This document shows positions 37,308-48,405 of a stretch of 64,000 nt of DNA, one piece after another. The first letter of the stretch is position 1. Every line of letters starts with the position of its first letter. The stretch spans positions 669,530-733,529 of the forward strand of contig CAJINV010000021.1 in assembly GCA_905178155.1 (NCBI GenBank). The letters run 5' to 3'. Under the pieces are notes generated by a model. That model was not told the origin of the DNA. It saw only the letters and a list, made by a program, of their open reading frames with translations, and did not search any database. Origin of the DNA: Amoebophrya sp. A120 (Eukaryota; Protista; Dinoflagellata). The position numbers and the translations under genes were made by a program.

Positions 37308-38751
37308 TCACGCCAGCGACGCTTTTCGGTTCTGGGGGCTCTTCGCTTTCCTGGGACTCATTCCCAGCTTCGGATGCCCCTCTTCGTCTTCTTTGGTCAT
37401 TGTGGAGAGAAGACGGAACTCGAACTCATTGTAGGCCATGCCCTGCGATCCCTCTGCTATCCCGGCACCTGTTGGTTGTGGCATGATGAGTCGCGTTGAT
37501 GTTGACCACGAGATTTTCATATATGGAAAATGATTCATCGTGATCCACTATTGAAGTATTTGGATTTTGTTTTTGGTTTCGCTATAGTACCGTGGTCCTT
37601 GGCATTTTCCCACTCTTCCTCCGTCATGAGCTCGACGCCCGGTTGGACGTTGAGCAAGTTAGCCGCGTCCCGGACCGAGAGTGTGTTGTCGCCCAGGATG
37701 CCGTAGGCCTCCATCAAGCTTTGTGGCGTTATCATGCCGCCGGAGGGGGCAAAAAACTTGTAGGCCTCCCGGATCTCCTCCTCGCGCGACAGCGGGCGGG
37801 ACAGGTGATTCAACAGGGCGCAAAGCTCGGGAAAGGTAATCCCGTCGTCCGGATCCTTGGGGAACTTGACATCTGGGAGGTGTTGATGAGGATGGTATAA
37901 TAATTTTCTGTTGTGCTAAATTCGGCGACCGCAGGGTGAAATACATGTCAACAGTTATTCTCTTCGTGGGCAAATAAAGCAGTAACATTTGGCTCCCATG
38001 TGTGTCGAGTGCGAACGAATGATAATGAAGCGGACCACGGTGCTCAAATAGCAAGACCAAAAATTAGTATGTGCGATTTGTTAATAGCTGCGTTCAGCGT
38101 TAATACGTCATCGTCAGCTACGGGATAGAGAATCGAAACAAATGACAAAAGTTAAGTGGGTACTGATGCCCAGCACTCGCAGCATCTGATTGAACTATCC
38201 TGTGCAAAAGTATCGTACTCGTATAAATGCAAGTCTTGCAGCATTACAAATCTTGTTCCCAAGGCAACTCAGCATGACAAATTTTATTTCTCATGCTGAG
38301 GAAATTTGTAATGCATTTATACGAGTACGTGTACGATGCTTTTGCAATTCAAATGAACTCCTGCTCGTCGATACTGCCTATGGAGATCTCAAGCGTTACA
38401 TTCTCAAGTGTCTGTTAGAAGATGAATCTGTCATGCAAAAGTACCATCATCATCCTCACGATCAAGCTGCTCCGCATGACAAATTTACGAAGGGCTAAAC
38501 CGCGCCTAAGTGGTCTGTGCGTAATTTGTAATGCTACAGGTGCCAGCTTCCCCCTTTAACTTTTCCCATTCTTGCGTCGCAAATTCATGCAACGGCTGAG
38601 AATGTAACACTTGAGAACGCCATACTGCCCCCGTTGTCCTTATCGAACATAAGGAAAAACTATGCACAGCAAAGCATTCTCTTTCCCGACCAATATGTTG
38701 ATCCCAGCTCGGGAAGACAGATTTTTGCAGGATCATGTCAACGACACTCAT
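37308..38751 (-). CDS. EF-hand (calmodulin/centrin-like) protein, multi-exon
   Basis: Reconstructed segments GEAG|SIDEQEF|NQMLRVLGI, DPDDGITFPELCALL and EEEIREAYKFFAPSGGMITPQSLMEAYGILG. Gene ends are uncertain. Confidence 0.7.
38196..38353. mobile_element. Introner/MITE, family A
   Basis: TSD tgaac at 38191-38195 and 38354-38358. Removing 163 nt gives DEQEFNQML. Interior nearly identical to the copy at 49774-49922. Confidence 0.9.
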
Positions 38752-39650
38752 CGTTCAGTGTCGATAAGCATCCCAGCATCTAAAGACTCAAATTTGTGGT
38801 GGAAAAAGAGAAAAATCTTGCATTCGATACAAGTTCCTTGAAGTCATCGCTATCGACGAAGCTCATTTTCTTGTCGTGTACTAGCTGTAGGTCGTTGTCC
38901 AGAAACAGCTAGATTCCACGTCAATCTTTCACCAAAAGGAGCAGCGGATCAGGAGCTGCTCGGTGGTTGTATCATGTTGATTGGGCGTGCAGTCTCAATG
39001 TTAGTGGTCCTCAGTGTTGCAACTACATCGGGGGAGATGGTCCTCCCGATTGGCGATTTCAGCCGGTTCAGCTGATCTGAAAGAACGAAGATAGACGAAC
39101 TTCAAGGTGGATACAGCTGGGCCTCGAGCGGATAAGTAAGTAATCGTCCGCGGAGACACCACCAACAGGGGACATCAACCTCTCTCAACACGACTCGCAC
39201 CTTGTTCTGCTACTTGAGTTCGTTTGTCTTTGCTTTTTCGTGTGGAGGTCGTACTAAACCACTTCTATGCAACTCGACGAGTTCATTGAGATTCAGGCTC
39301 TGCATCACAAGTTCACTCAAATGGATGAACGTGAAACAAGGAGGCGGACAATACGCCGGTCATGGATGAGTAGTCTTCACTTTGGTTCGCTTTATTCCGG
39401 GCTGGCCAGTGGAAGACATCGCGTCTTCATTGATGTGTATGTGACAGATTGATAGACTCAACCACATCATCTTCTGTACGCGCCCAGGCGGGGCCGGACC
39501 GTATCTGAATTCTCAAGTTTAGCTAGTCCTAGTCAGTGAGAGTAGCAACAAATTCGAAGAAATGGAATGATTGTTTTTTCTGCCGCGGCTTGTTCCTGTC
39601 ATTTGGAAACTTCAACAGTGTTCCCGTTGCGCGATCAGAAAAAGTCTTCA

Positions 39651-42575
39651 TTACAGCTCTTCCCTGCCAGCAACAGCCGTCTCTGGCGTGCCCCAGTTGA
39701 ACTGATGGCGACCGGCACAGCAGATGACGTGGCGGCTTTCTTCCTTCTTTTGAGTTATTGTGCGCGCCGTCGAATTATGTGGAGGAGGAGTGCCTGTTGT
39801 ACTAGAAGAAGAAGAACTACTAGAGCCACTTCTTGCAAGAGCTTTTTCATCCTCACTCTGGTGCTGTCGTATCCTTTCTTGGAAGAAATTGTCCGCGTTC
39901 AACACAAATTCCTGCTCGCTCGGCACCGGGTCGCGCGTCACGTCGCGGAAAAACCCCGGGTCGATCCGGAACACCTGGCTCTCGTGCAGTTCCTTCCCGG
40001 CAGAGGACTGAAGGATGTGCTGAAACAGGGTTTCCCGCTGGCCGCAGGTCACACCGCACCGTCGGACGCACTCGTTGCGGTACGTGGTGAAAGACGGCGA
40101 GAGCCGACTACACACGCTTTCGCTGTCCTCACTGTGGTCTGCTGAGACCACGGACGAGACGAGATGAGCCGCAGTAGCATGTGCTTTGGTACTAGAAGAA
40201 GACAAGGCTGAGGGTTTTATCGGTGCAAGCGTCGTCGTTGAGGGTGCAGCGGGATTTGGTATTACTTCTTTCACAGCGATGGTGGTATCATCTTTGTTTC
40301 TAGCACCTGAGGTTGCCAGTGCTCTACCATTACCCACGCCATCGTGGATGTTGGCTTGGAGACCAGCTGTTGATGCTGTAGGTCTACTACTACTTCCCTC
40401 GTGGTACGACGAACCCGCAACACCTCCTTCTCTCGTCGTTTGCGGAACCCCCGAGAAGCAGGCATGAAGATCTGCGGCACCTCCACTTCCGGTTGACGAG
40501 GAGAGCAGTGCGAAGTCCTCGGGAAAAATCTGGCGCAGGCGGCGATCACAGTCGAACTGGCAGAGGGTGCGGCACTTCGTCTTGAAATTCGCGTGGTCGC
40601 GGTAAAACAACGAAAAGTACCAAGAGTGCTGCGGATACACGCGGTTGATCGGGAAGGACCGGAACGTCTGCGTCCGCACGCGGGCGTCAAGGGCCGCGGT
40701 CTTCAGGACGAAGAAGGAAACAAATTTCACCGGCTCTTTTGTCACGTGCACCGGGGAAGTTGACGGTCGAGGGACTGATAAAGAAAAACAAGGAGTCGAG
40801 CTTTATTCTCTTTAGTTTCCAAGATGTCCAACACTACCAGTAAAGTTTTGATTTTCGTTTAGGTTTACGTATACGTTCTGCGGAGGAATATATCCAGTCA
40901 AGAATCCCTCTTCGATGTAATGTAGAAGGGTCTTCATCCGAATTTCAAATCTTTACTGAAACAGGACGAGTGCGCTACGTAAAAATTATACCAGCGCCAT
41001 CCGCTCCGCTCCCGCCATCCTCTGCCCCAACAGCTGAAGTTGTGCTCGCTGCACCGTCCCCCCTATCAACGCCGGTAGAAGACGAGATCGTGCCCAGGAA
41101 GCTTTGGACCGCGGTTTGCACGAAGAAATCGCCTTCCGGCAGCTCCCCGTCGCAGTAGTCGTGACCCGCGATCACCCCGCCGATCCTCAACTTGGGCCAC
41201 CACGCGATCAAGTCCGAGAACACGCCCTGGAAGTCGTGGCGCGCGTCCAGGTAAACGAAGTCCAACGACTGGTCTGCCACCTCCTTTGCCGCGTCTTCGC
41301 TCCACGCGTGCAGAATTTTGTACCGGTCTTCAAATATGGGGCGGGACTACAAAAGTGTCTTGCCGGTGTTGGAAGTAACAAGCGCACCATATGTATATGA
41401 CTATCAGGAAAGGCAAAATATTTCTATCTTGTTGCGATGACACGATAATCGGGTCGATGGAAGAACGAATAAGCGATATACCGAACATAACAAACAGTCC
41501 TCATAGGATGATCGAGCACTTCTTGACAAGTAGCGACATAAGTAGAGCTATCACTTCTTCCAGATCCCGACGCAGCTACCACCTCGTCAGTGCATACCGA
41601 ATGGCTGCAACGCTTCCACCGCTTTTTGCTTCAGCGTCTGCATGCCGGTGGAGCCAATGTTGGCGATGTCGATGTAGGTCTGCGACACCACGTGCTCCCA
41701 CCGGTCTACCAGGTACAGCAATTTCCCCTGCCACTTTTCCAGAAACTGTTTCGCGTGCACCCCCCGCTGCACCCCGATCTCCACCGCGTGACCGGTGAGC
41801 CCCATGCAATTGAGCAGGTACGCGAAATCCTCCCGGGTGTTTGGGTAGTGCGACGCGAGACACTTCTCGAACTTTGCCTCGTTTTGGTCCGACTCGGGTG
41901 GCGAAGCGGCTCCTGCGCCGGTAGAGGTACTGTCGGCGGCCTGGGTGGTCGCCGTGGCTTTGTGGTCTCGCTCAGCAGCATTCTCATTCGCAGCGACCTG
42001 TCGAACGGAGTAATTCAGAGCAGAGAACAAAGCCCTAACAAGCACGAGACAGCGGACGGTGCAACGCAAACGCCAGCTGGACCTCCGTTTGCAAGAACCG
42101 TTGTAGTTCGCGCTCCGATCTTTATGCAGGTCTTCTGCAAATCTTGTTGGGCGGGTGGTCTTGCATCGCTTTTTGAGAAGGTCCCACATGATCTACTCGT
42201 GGTGCTGTTCGAGGCAGCTACCTGCTGCTGTACCTCGCCGCCGTTCTGGACCCCACAATTCCTCCTGCTCGTGCTCGTTCCCGATGTGCAGAAGAACGGT
42301 CTGTCAGGAGCAGGACACTTTCTGCACCAAGAAGGAGCGCATGGTCTAGCTGTAGAGCCAGCTGACACGCCAGCAGCTACAAGAACAACCTTGTTATCGC
42401 CATGATCTTTTCGGTGCCTCGTACGACAACGCCATGCTGAACGTAGATGTTGATTTGCAAGCACTAATTCCAGCAACCGATCAAGAGGAACGCGTTGGAG
42501 GAGGAGAACCCCTGGTCTGTGACTGTGAGCGTCGTTTACGTATCTACCCGATAGAAGTAGACACAAGAGGAGCAA
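39651..42575 (-). CDS. Class I SAM-dependent methyltransferase (Methyltransf_24-like) with Cys-rich flanking regions
   Basis: Motifs AVEIGVQRG...LYLVDRW and SLDFVYLDARHDFQGVFSDLIAWWPKLRIGGVIAGHDY. Exons near 41590-42010, 40975-41325 and 39651-40760. Start uncertain. Confidence 0.8.
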
Positions 42576-43020
42576 CTACATGACCGACGCGCATTCGAGG
42601 CAGTGAGAACAAGACGCAAATAAATGGAGCTCACAAGGCGGTCTGACACAGCAGACACAGTCTGCTGGATCATGCATGTGGAATCACCTCCCAAAGAACA
42701 AAGACTACTGACCACGACTCTGAGGAGCTTTTATAACTGCCGGTGATCTACTTTTTTACGTCTGTTGAAGTTGAGGATCATTCTACCTAGTACTTATCTG
42801 TAACTTTCGCGTTATCTTGTTGCCCTAATATTCGAAATCCAAGGAATAGGAAACACTGCTCACCGGCCTCGCTACTAAGGGCTTCCTTGTTGATCATCAT
42901 AATAGCAAAAGTCTACGCTCGCCGATAAAATCTTCATGGTCCGCGGCACAGTTCTTTTCTGACTGAACATAAAACGCGTGGCTTTCCCCTCCAGGAGCGA
43001 AAGTACGACCTATGTATTCT

Positions 43021-44065
43021 TCAAACAGCCTGGACGAGATCCCGCGCCACACCCTCCCGGGCAGTCGGGACCGCAGACAAGTACGCTAGAATACCGGCGC
43101 CGGCCGCGAAGACACTCAGCGTCGGATATGCGAACGGGACGGTCGTGTCGAGGAACAAACAAAACACCGCGCTTCCCGTAAAGCAGCCCCCGAAAATCTT
43201 CAACAAAGGACGTGGAGATGCGAGTTTATTTTGGTCAGTGCTGTTGTTTGAGCCCGGATGTCCTCTGGGCACTTGCGGTGTCCACCTCGCGCAAGAATTA
43301 TTGTTTATTTCAGCTTTTGATGTAGTCTCCGCACGAGCGACGTTCGTAGAGTTGTGTGGTCTCAGAAGGTTTTCCACATCTTCACCGACTCGAGCCTCAT
43401 TCAGCATTGCTGCGCCTTCGTCCAGCTGCAGTTCGAGCTGCTGCGAAGATTTTTTATTCCCTGTAGAAGTTTTCGCATTTTTCCTCAGCCGCGAATTCCG
43501 GGAAAAGTGAAGGGACAGTATGGTAGCAGTGCTAAGCGTGGAGACGGCAAGCAGGAACAGTGGATGTGGTTGCAGCCGCTCGTCTTTTCCTCGCACCAAA
43601 AAGTCAACAACCCTTGCCCCAGGAGTCCAGCTGGCAATTCTGTTCGCGGAGAAAACGGCGAGGGAAATGTACGTGACACTTGCGGCCTGCAGCCAAGAGT
43701 ATGCAGCAACAAGAGTGCTTTTGCGGCTTCTGTGTGAGTTCAGCTTCAAGTGAACTCACTGCAGTGATATGTATCTTCATTGACTTGTGCCTAGTACATT
43801 CTTCACGTCTGCGTAGTTTAGCGGACGACGACCGCGCTACTGTTTGAAACATACAACCGAACCCGTGAGGACGAACATGGTTTGCGCAACAAGTAAGAAC
43901 GGAGCAGACACACTCACGGGCTGCAACAATGGCTGGCAGCCGCAGTGATTTGTTGGTTCCAAACCGTAGCATCCCGAAAACGCACAACGCGGTATCACCA
44001 TCACCTCGGCGGCTTTCCCGGTCGATGCAATCGAGAAAATCAACGCACAAGAGTTTGTCCTCCAT
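43021..44065 (-). CDS. Hypothetical membrane protein
   Basis: ORF 43021-43749 has several hydrophobic segments. The upstream exon or start is uncertain. Confidence 0.4.
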
Positions 44066-44174
44066 CTTTTAGCAATGCTCTGACATACACATATTTCAAC
44101 TGCGGTTGTGCGGGAATCAATTGACGGAAAAGATGGAAAAAATGAGATCTCTGTCTCTGTCTAACTCTCTCATA

Positions 44175-44540
44175 GATCAGGTTAATCCGGAGCATCCCGC
44201 CCTGCTAACAATATCATCTTTTTCGTTCTCATCTGATCAAGTCGCCTATTTTTGGTTTGTGTTTTTGAAGATGACATGGAAGATACAAAGCGAGGTGGAG
44301 ATCAGCAGTAGAAGAAGTGCGGCACTTTTCCTTTTCTTGTGGTACAAAATTCACTGGGAAATCGAAATGTATATAATAACTCATAGCTTCATTTTCTTCA
44401 GGGGATTCTTTTGTAATGTGGCGCTTTGGTTCAACTCTCTCTCTCTCTCTCTCTCTCTCTCGCTCTGTCTCTCGTCCTCGGCAAGCGCATCTTCAATATA
44501 CATACAAACACGACGGAAGATTTTCGTATCACCTTTCCAT
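44175..44540. repeat. Copy 1 of a diverged duplicated upstream segment, including a (CT)n tract
   Basis: gatcagg.aatccggag.atcc...aacaatatcatctttttcgtt.tcatctgatcaa...ggtggagatca (44175-44303) recurs at 47540-47660. Both are followed by a CT-rich tract and acacgacgg...cgtatc. Confidence 0.85.
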
Positions 44541-44766
44541 ATGTCAAACCTGTTCCGCTCTTGTTTTTGTTACAATTCCCGTGCTCGAACAATTAGGACG
44601 ACCATGTACTTTGTGTAGTCTTCATATTTTCATCGCCGCCGTTTTTTTTTCTTTCGCTACTTGTCGCTGAAACCCCTGCCAGGTGCCTTGCCTGGCAGCG
44701 ACATCGGAGCGGAGGGAGCTCCTCGGGCCTAAAAAGTTCGCAGGCCCGACTACGTATTTGTTCTGT

Positions 44767-45222
44767 TCAGCTTTCCTCGTTCGGGTGCATCAATGTCTCT
44801 CGTAAGTTTCGAAGCTCGTGTTTCACGGCATTCACAAAGGATCCGGGAAAGCAAACCACATTAGTAACATCATGCTTATCATGTTTATTTTTATGTTTGT
44901 GTTTCTCCACGTCGGAGAACACATTATCATCTTTATCTTTCAACAACATCCCGTGCTGGCCGCAGTGCTTGACGTGGAATGTGGTGCCTTCAACTGTATG
45001 GGTGCCGTCTCGGAGATCCTTGTGGTGCTCGAGAAAGTGAGTTACGTGGTGTGCCTCGCTTTCGGTGGCTCTAGTGTGTGTCGGGTTGTTAGTTGTGTCG
45101 TCTGCATGCCAGTCGTTTTTCAGCTGTTGCATGAAACTCATACCTTCGATTCCGATATCAAGTCCAAAAGTGCAGCTCTTTTCCTCGTTTTTGTCGTATG
45201 GCGCAACGCCATTGGGATTCAT
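44767..45222 (-). CDS. Small His-rich hypothetical protein
   Basis: Uninterrupted ATG-started 151-aa ORF with protein-like composition. No family recognised. Confidence 0.45.
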   Translation of the reverse strand: MNPNGVAPYDKNEEKSCTFGLDIGIEGMSFMQQLKNDWHADDTTNNPTHTRATESEAHHVTHFLEHHKDLRDGTHTVEGTTFHVKHCGQHGMLLKDKDDNVFSDVEKHKHKNKHDKHDVTNVVCFPGSFVNAVKHELRNLRETLMHPNEES

Positions 45223-45528
45223 TTACATCTTCTTGCGTTCCTATGGTAAAACTACTAAAGGGCGACATTGTCCTCGCGCGACCTACTGAATAGGTCACGC
45301 GACGAGATGAACTGTTTTGCCTCTGGTGACGGAAGAAGGGTCAGGAGGAAACAGGGAATTCCGCGAAATGAGGATTCGTGCCTCGTTGTTGGTCTTGATT
45401 GTATGTTCAAGACCTCGAACAACTGCGAACAATAACAACTCCAAGGCCGCATATTCAAGACGTGACCAAGGCCGCATATGCATACGCATTCAAGGCCGCA
45501 CGATGTAGCTGAAAAAGAATGAATTCAA

Positions 45529-46218
45529 TTATGCATGGTCCATCAAATTATTTAGCATTAGCATGAACCATACATTCATTCCAAAATAGGCAACGCTACA
45601 ACACTTTTGCACACGATAATCGAGGATTTTCTGCACTACCGACACGGCATCCAGCCCCATCTGGTCGGCCGCATTCAGGTCACCTGCATCAATTGCTTCG
45701 TTGGCGAAGGTGAGTGCTCGTGTCCATGCCTCTTCGTTCTGCTCGATTGCCGCACGAAGCGCGCCCTGTGCATGAACTCCCAACCCTCGCCCGTTTTGCT
45801 GGTTGATTCGATGTGCTGCCGCAACAGCACCATGTCTTTGTGCTTGAGCTTGCCACGGGGTCGGGGAAGCGGAAGGATGACCATTTGGGCGCATATTGTT
45901 GAGACCCCGGCGTAAACCCTCTCTGCGAGCAGCATGGATGGCAGCAGGAGTTTTTGCAGCTGCAGAACGTGCGGCTCCAGCAGCAGTCTGCCGTCCCGCG
46001 CCAGCACCCGTACGCGTTCCAGCTTGTCGTGCGGCGTTTCCAGCAGCGAGTCGCGCAGCTGCAGCTCCCATCGCTACTTCTTGCTGCAACAAACTAGCGT
46101 TAATACTTGCAGGCATAGACGACGACACTGCATTCTCGAAGTATTTCTGGCATTTTTTTTTTCCATGAAAGACCGGAAGCTTTATGATTAGGATGAAGCG
46201 CAAATAAGTTCGTATCAT
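45529..46218 (-). CDS. Ala-rich hypothetical protein or exon
   Basis: 229-aa ORF with a plausible coding core from MPASINASLL to VQKILDYR. No family recognised. Confidence 0.4.
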   Translation of the reverse strand: MIRTYLRFILIIKLPVFHGKKKCQKYFENAVSSSMPASINASLLQQEVAMGAAAARLAAGNAARQAGTRTGAGAGRQTAAGAARSAAAKTPAAIHAARREGLRRGLNNMRPNGHPSASPTPWQAQAQRHGAVAAAHRINQQNGRGLGVHAQGALRAAIEQNEEAWTRALTFANEAIDAGDLNAADQMGLDAVSVVQKILDYRVQKCCSVAYFGMNVWFMLMLNNLMDHA

Positions 46219-46357
46219 GAAGACGAAGACGAGTTCGTATGAAATTGAAGAGCAAACAAGCAGATACTTATTTTCTCGTCATGCTCTTCAACATACGAAC
46301 TTTTCTACCTAATGAACAAGAAGATATAGATAGAAGCACTAGGAGGTGTCTGGTTCC

Positions 46358-47500
46358 TCAGTCACATTCACCCTGTAACACCAAGCATGTCAGTACCGAT
46401 GGTTCATTGCGGCCCGCCTCCTGCTCTTCTGTCCCAACAACGGGAGCGACTCCCTCTGTGAAGGACTGCGGACGCGACGCATCGACGTGTGTTATGAAAC
46501 CGCCTACAGTAGAACTACAACTTTTTCTCTTGCACAATCCGCCTTGTCGGGAAACATACACAAGTTCAAATACAACTCGGTCGGTGTACTAATGTAAAGT
46601 GGATGCAAAGTATTAATGTAAAGTGGAAGTGGATGCAAAGTATTATGTATGAATAAATTACCTCTAGTGGTAACTTGTACTTGTAGAGCCCGACGCCAAA
46701 CGTGAGCAAAGCGCGGGGGCTTTATGATCATAAATGGACTTGGACCACGTCGCTCGAGAAGAGAAAAAATCTTTATTTTGGTCTTCACTTTCGTAGTATC
46801 CGCTGCAGTGGGTGCCGAATTGTCCTTTTCCTCGGAGCCCATCGTATTCCGCAAATCCGTGGAAGACGCAGCTAATTCGCTGGCGGAACTGGGCGAGGAG
46901 GATATTTGTGTCGACGCCATCTTTCGCGGTCTCCTGCCGTCGTGCTGCTCGTGTTGCACCGCATTGATTTGCTCGTTCAGTTGCGCAAACTTCGCGTCTT
47001 CAACCTCCTGGTCATCGCCGCCTTCTTCCTCCCCGCCAGCAGCGTCCCCGTGGACGTCCTTCGTCCTTTTCAGCATGGCATCTTCTAAAGCGTCAGCATC
47101 ACCTCCCTCCGTGGCGATTGCGTCGTGGGTAATAACGTATTCTCGTGCAGCCGGAGCTTCAGAAGTTGTTGTACTTCGCGCTCCGTGTTCACGACTGACG
47201 TCCCGTTCATTTCTCTTTTCGACCAGCTCCGCGTACACGGTTTTGAACGGGGAGATGACGACAAAGGCGAGGAGGTTGAGCAGCAGGTGGAAAAACACGT
47301 ACACCGGCTGCGGTAGTACCCGGACCATGTTGCTAAGTACGTTCTGCTTGTCGGGCGGAAAGAGAACGAGTCTTAATAATTCTTTCACCTCCGTCTCCGC
47401 CCTCGAGTCGGAGGTATCTTCACAATTGAGTCCACCGCTCTTTGCGCTGGCGGCAGAGGTTTTACTTCCAATTCTGCTTTTTGATGTTTCGTGTGACTGA
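46358..47500 (-). CDS. Hypothetical protein with one hydrophobic segment
   Basis: ORF 46504-47388 has a TM-like stretch VYVFFHLLLNLLAFVVISPF and an acidic tail. A likely terminal exon lies near 46358-46500. Confidence 0.45.
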
Positions 47501-47539
47501 AGTAGACCGACACTTCTTTAATGGGGACATAGACCCTGG

Positions 47540-47990
47540 ATCAGGTCAATCCGGAGGATCCCCTGCCAACAATATCATCTTTTTCGTTTTCATCTGATCA
47601 ACTCACCTATTTTTGATTTGTGTTTGAGATGATGTCGAAGAAAGAATCAAGGTGGAGATCACAAAATTCGGAAAATGTACAATAGATAGCTTTTAGGTTT
47701 AGGTTTTACACTCTTCCATTGTGATGTTGTCCTTTGATTATAGATGCGGATCCAGATACACTAACACCAAACACGAGAGGAATATCTTTCATTATCACAT
47801 GCATATCAAAGTGAACGTGATGAAGCGGTGCTGCGCAAGACTTGAATACCTGTTCTGGTTCTCGTCTCACTCTCTGACCTTCTCGTCGCCAGCTCTACTC
47901 TCTCTCTCCCTCACTCTCTCTCTTCCTGCTCAGAACCGTAAACCTATTTACGAACACGACGGTGGAGCGAGAACGTATCCCTTTACAGCT
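47540..47990. repeat. Copy 2 of the duplicated upstream segment
   Basis: Matches 44175-44540 in direct orientation. Confidence 0.85.
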
Positions 47991-48405
47991 GTCAACAACG
48001 AATGGACAAACAAGAAGGCAACGCCTCAATGCACTATAGATACGGAGTATGCCCGACTGCAACAAACAAGGAGCGTCGCATGCTATCTGGCGACGTCTCG
48101 CTTGCTAAGCAGCAGAAAAAGTGTAGCTTTTCTCGTCTTCGGTTTCAGAGGGCAGAATATACTTCTTACAATTGAGAGCTCTTTATCTTTTCTGCCATTG
48201 ATCAAATGTAGAAGCTGCACTGAACCACCTGCGAGAGAAGGTTCGAGATAGCCTTCCTCGCCAGGGATATGACACAAACACACATGAAGATGAGGCCCTG
48301 GTGTTGCCCGAATAAAAGAAGACAAGAGGGCACTCGGGTAGGTCCTAGTAGAAGCAAAAGCGTAAAGACGAACTGAAAAACACGACTACAGACCAATCCT
48401 GCAGC

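Noticed and set aside
46588-46650. Short tandem duplication taatgtaaagtggatgcaaagtat
   Set aside because: Two copies in probable intron DNA; ordinary slippage.
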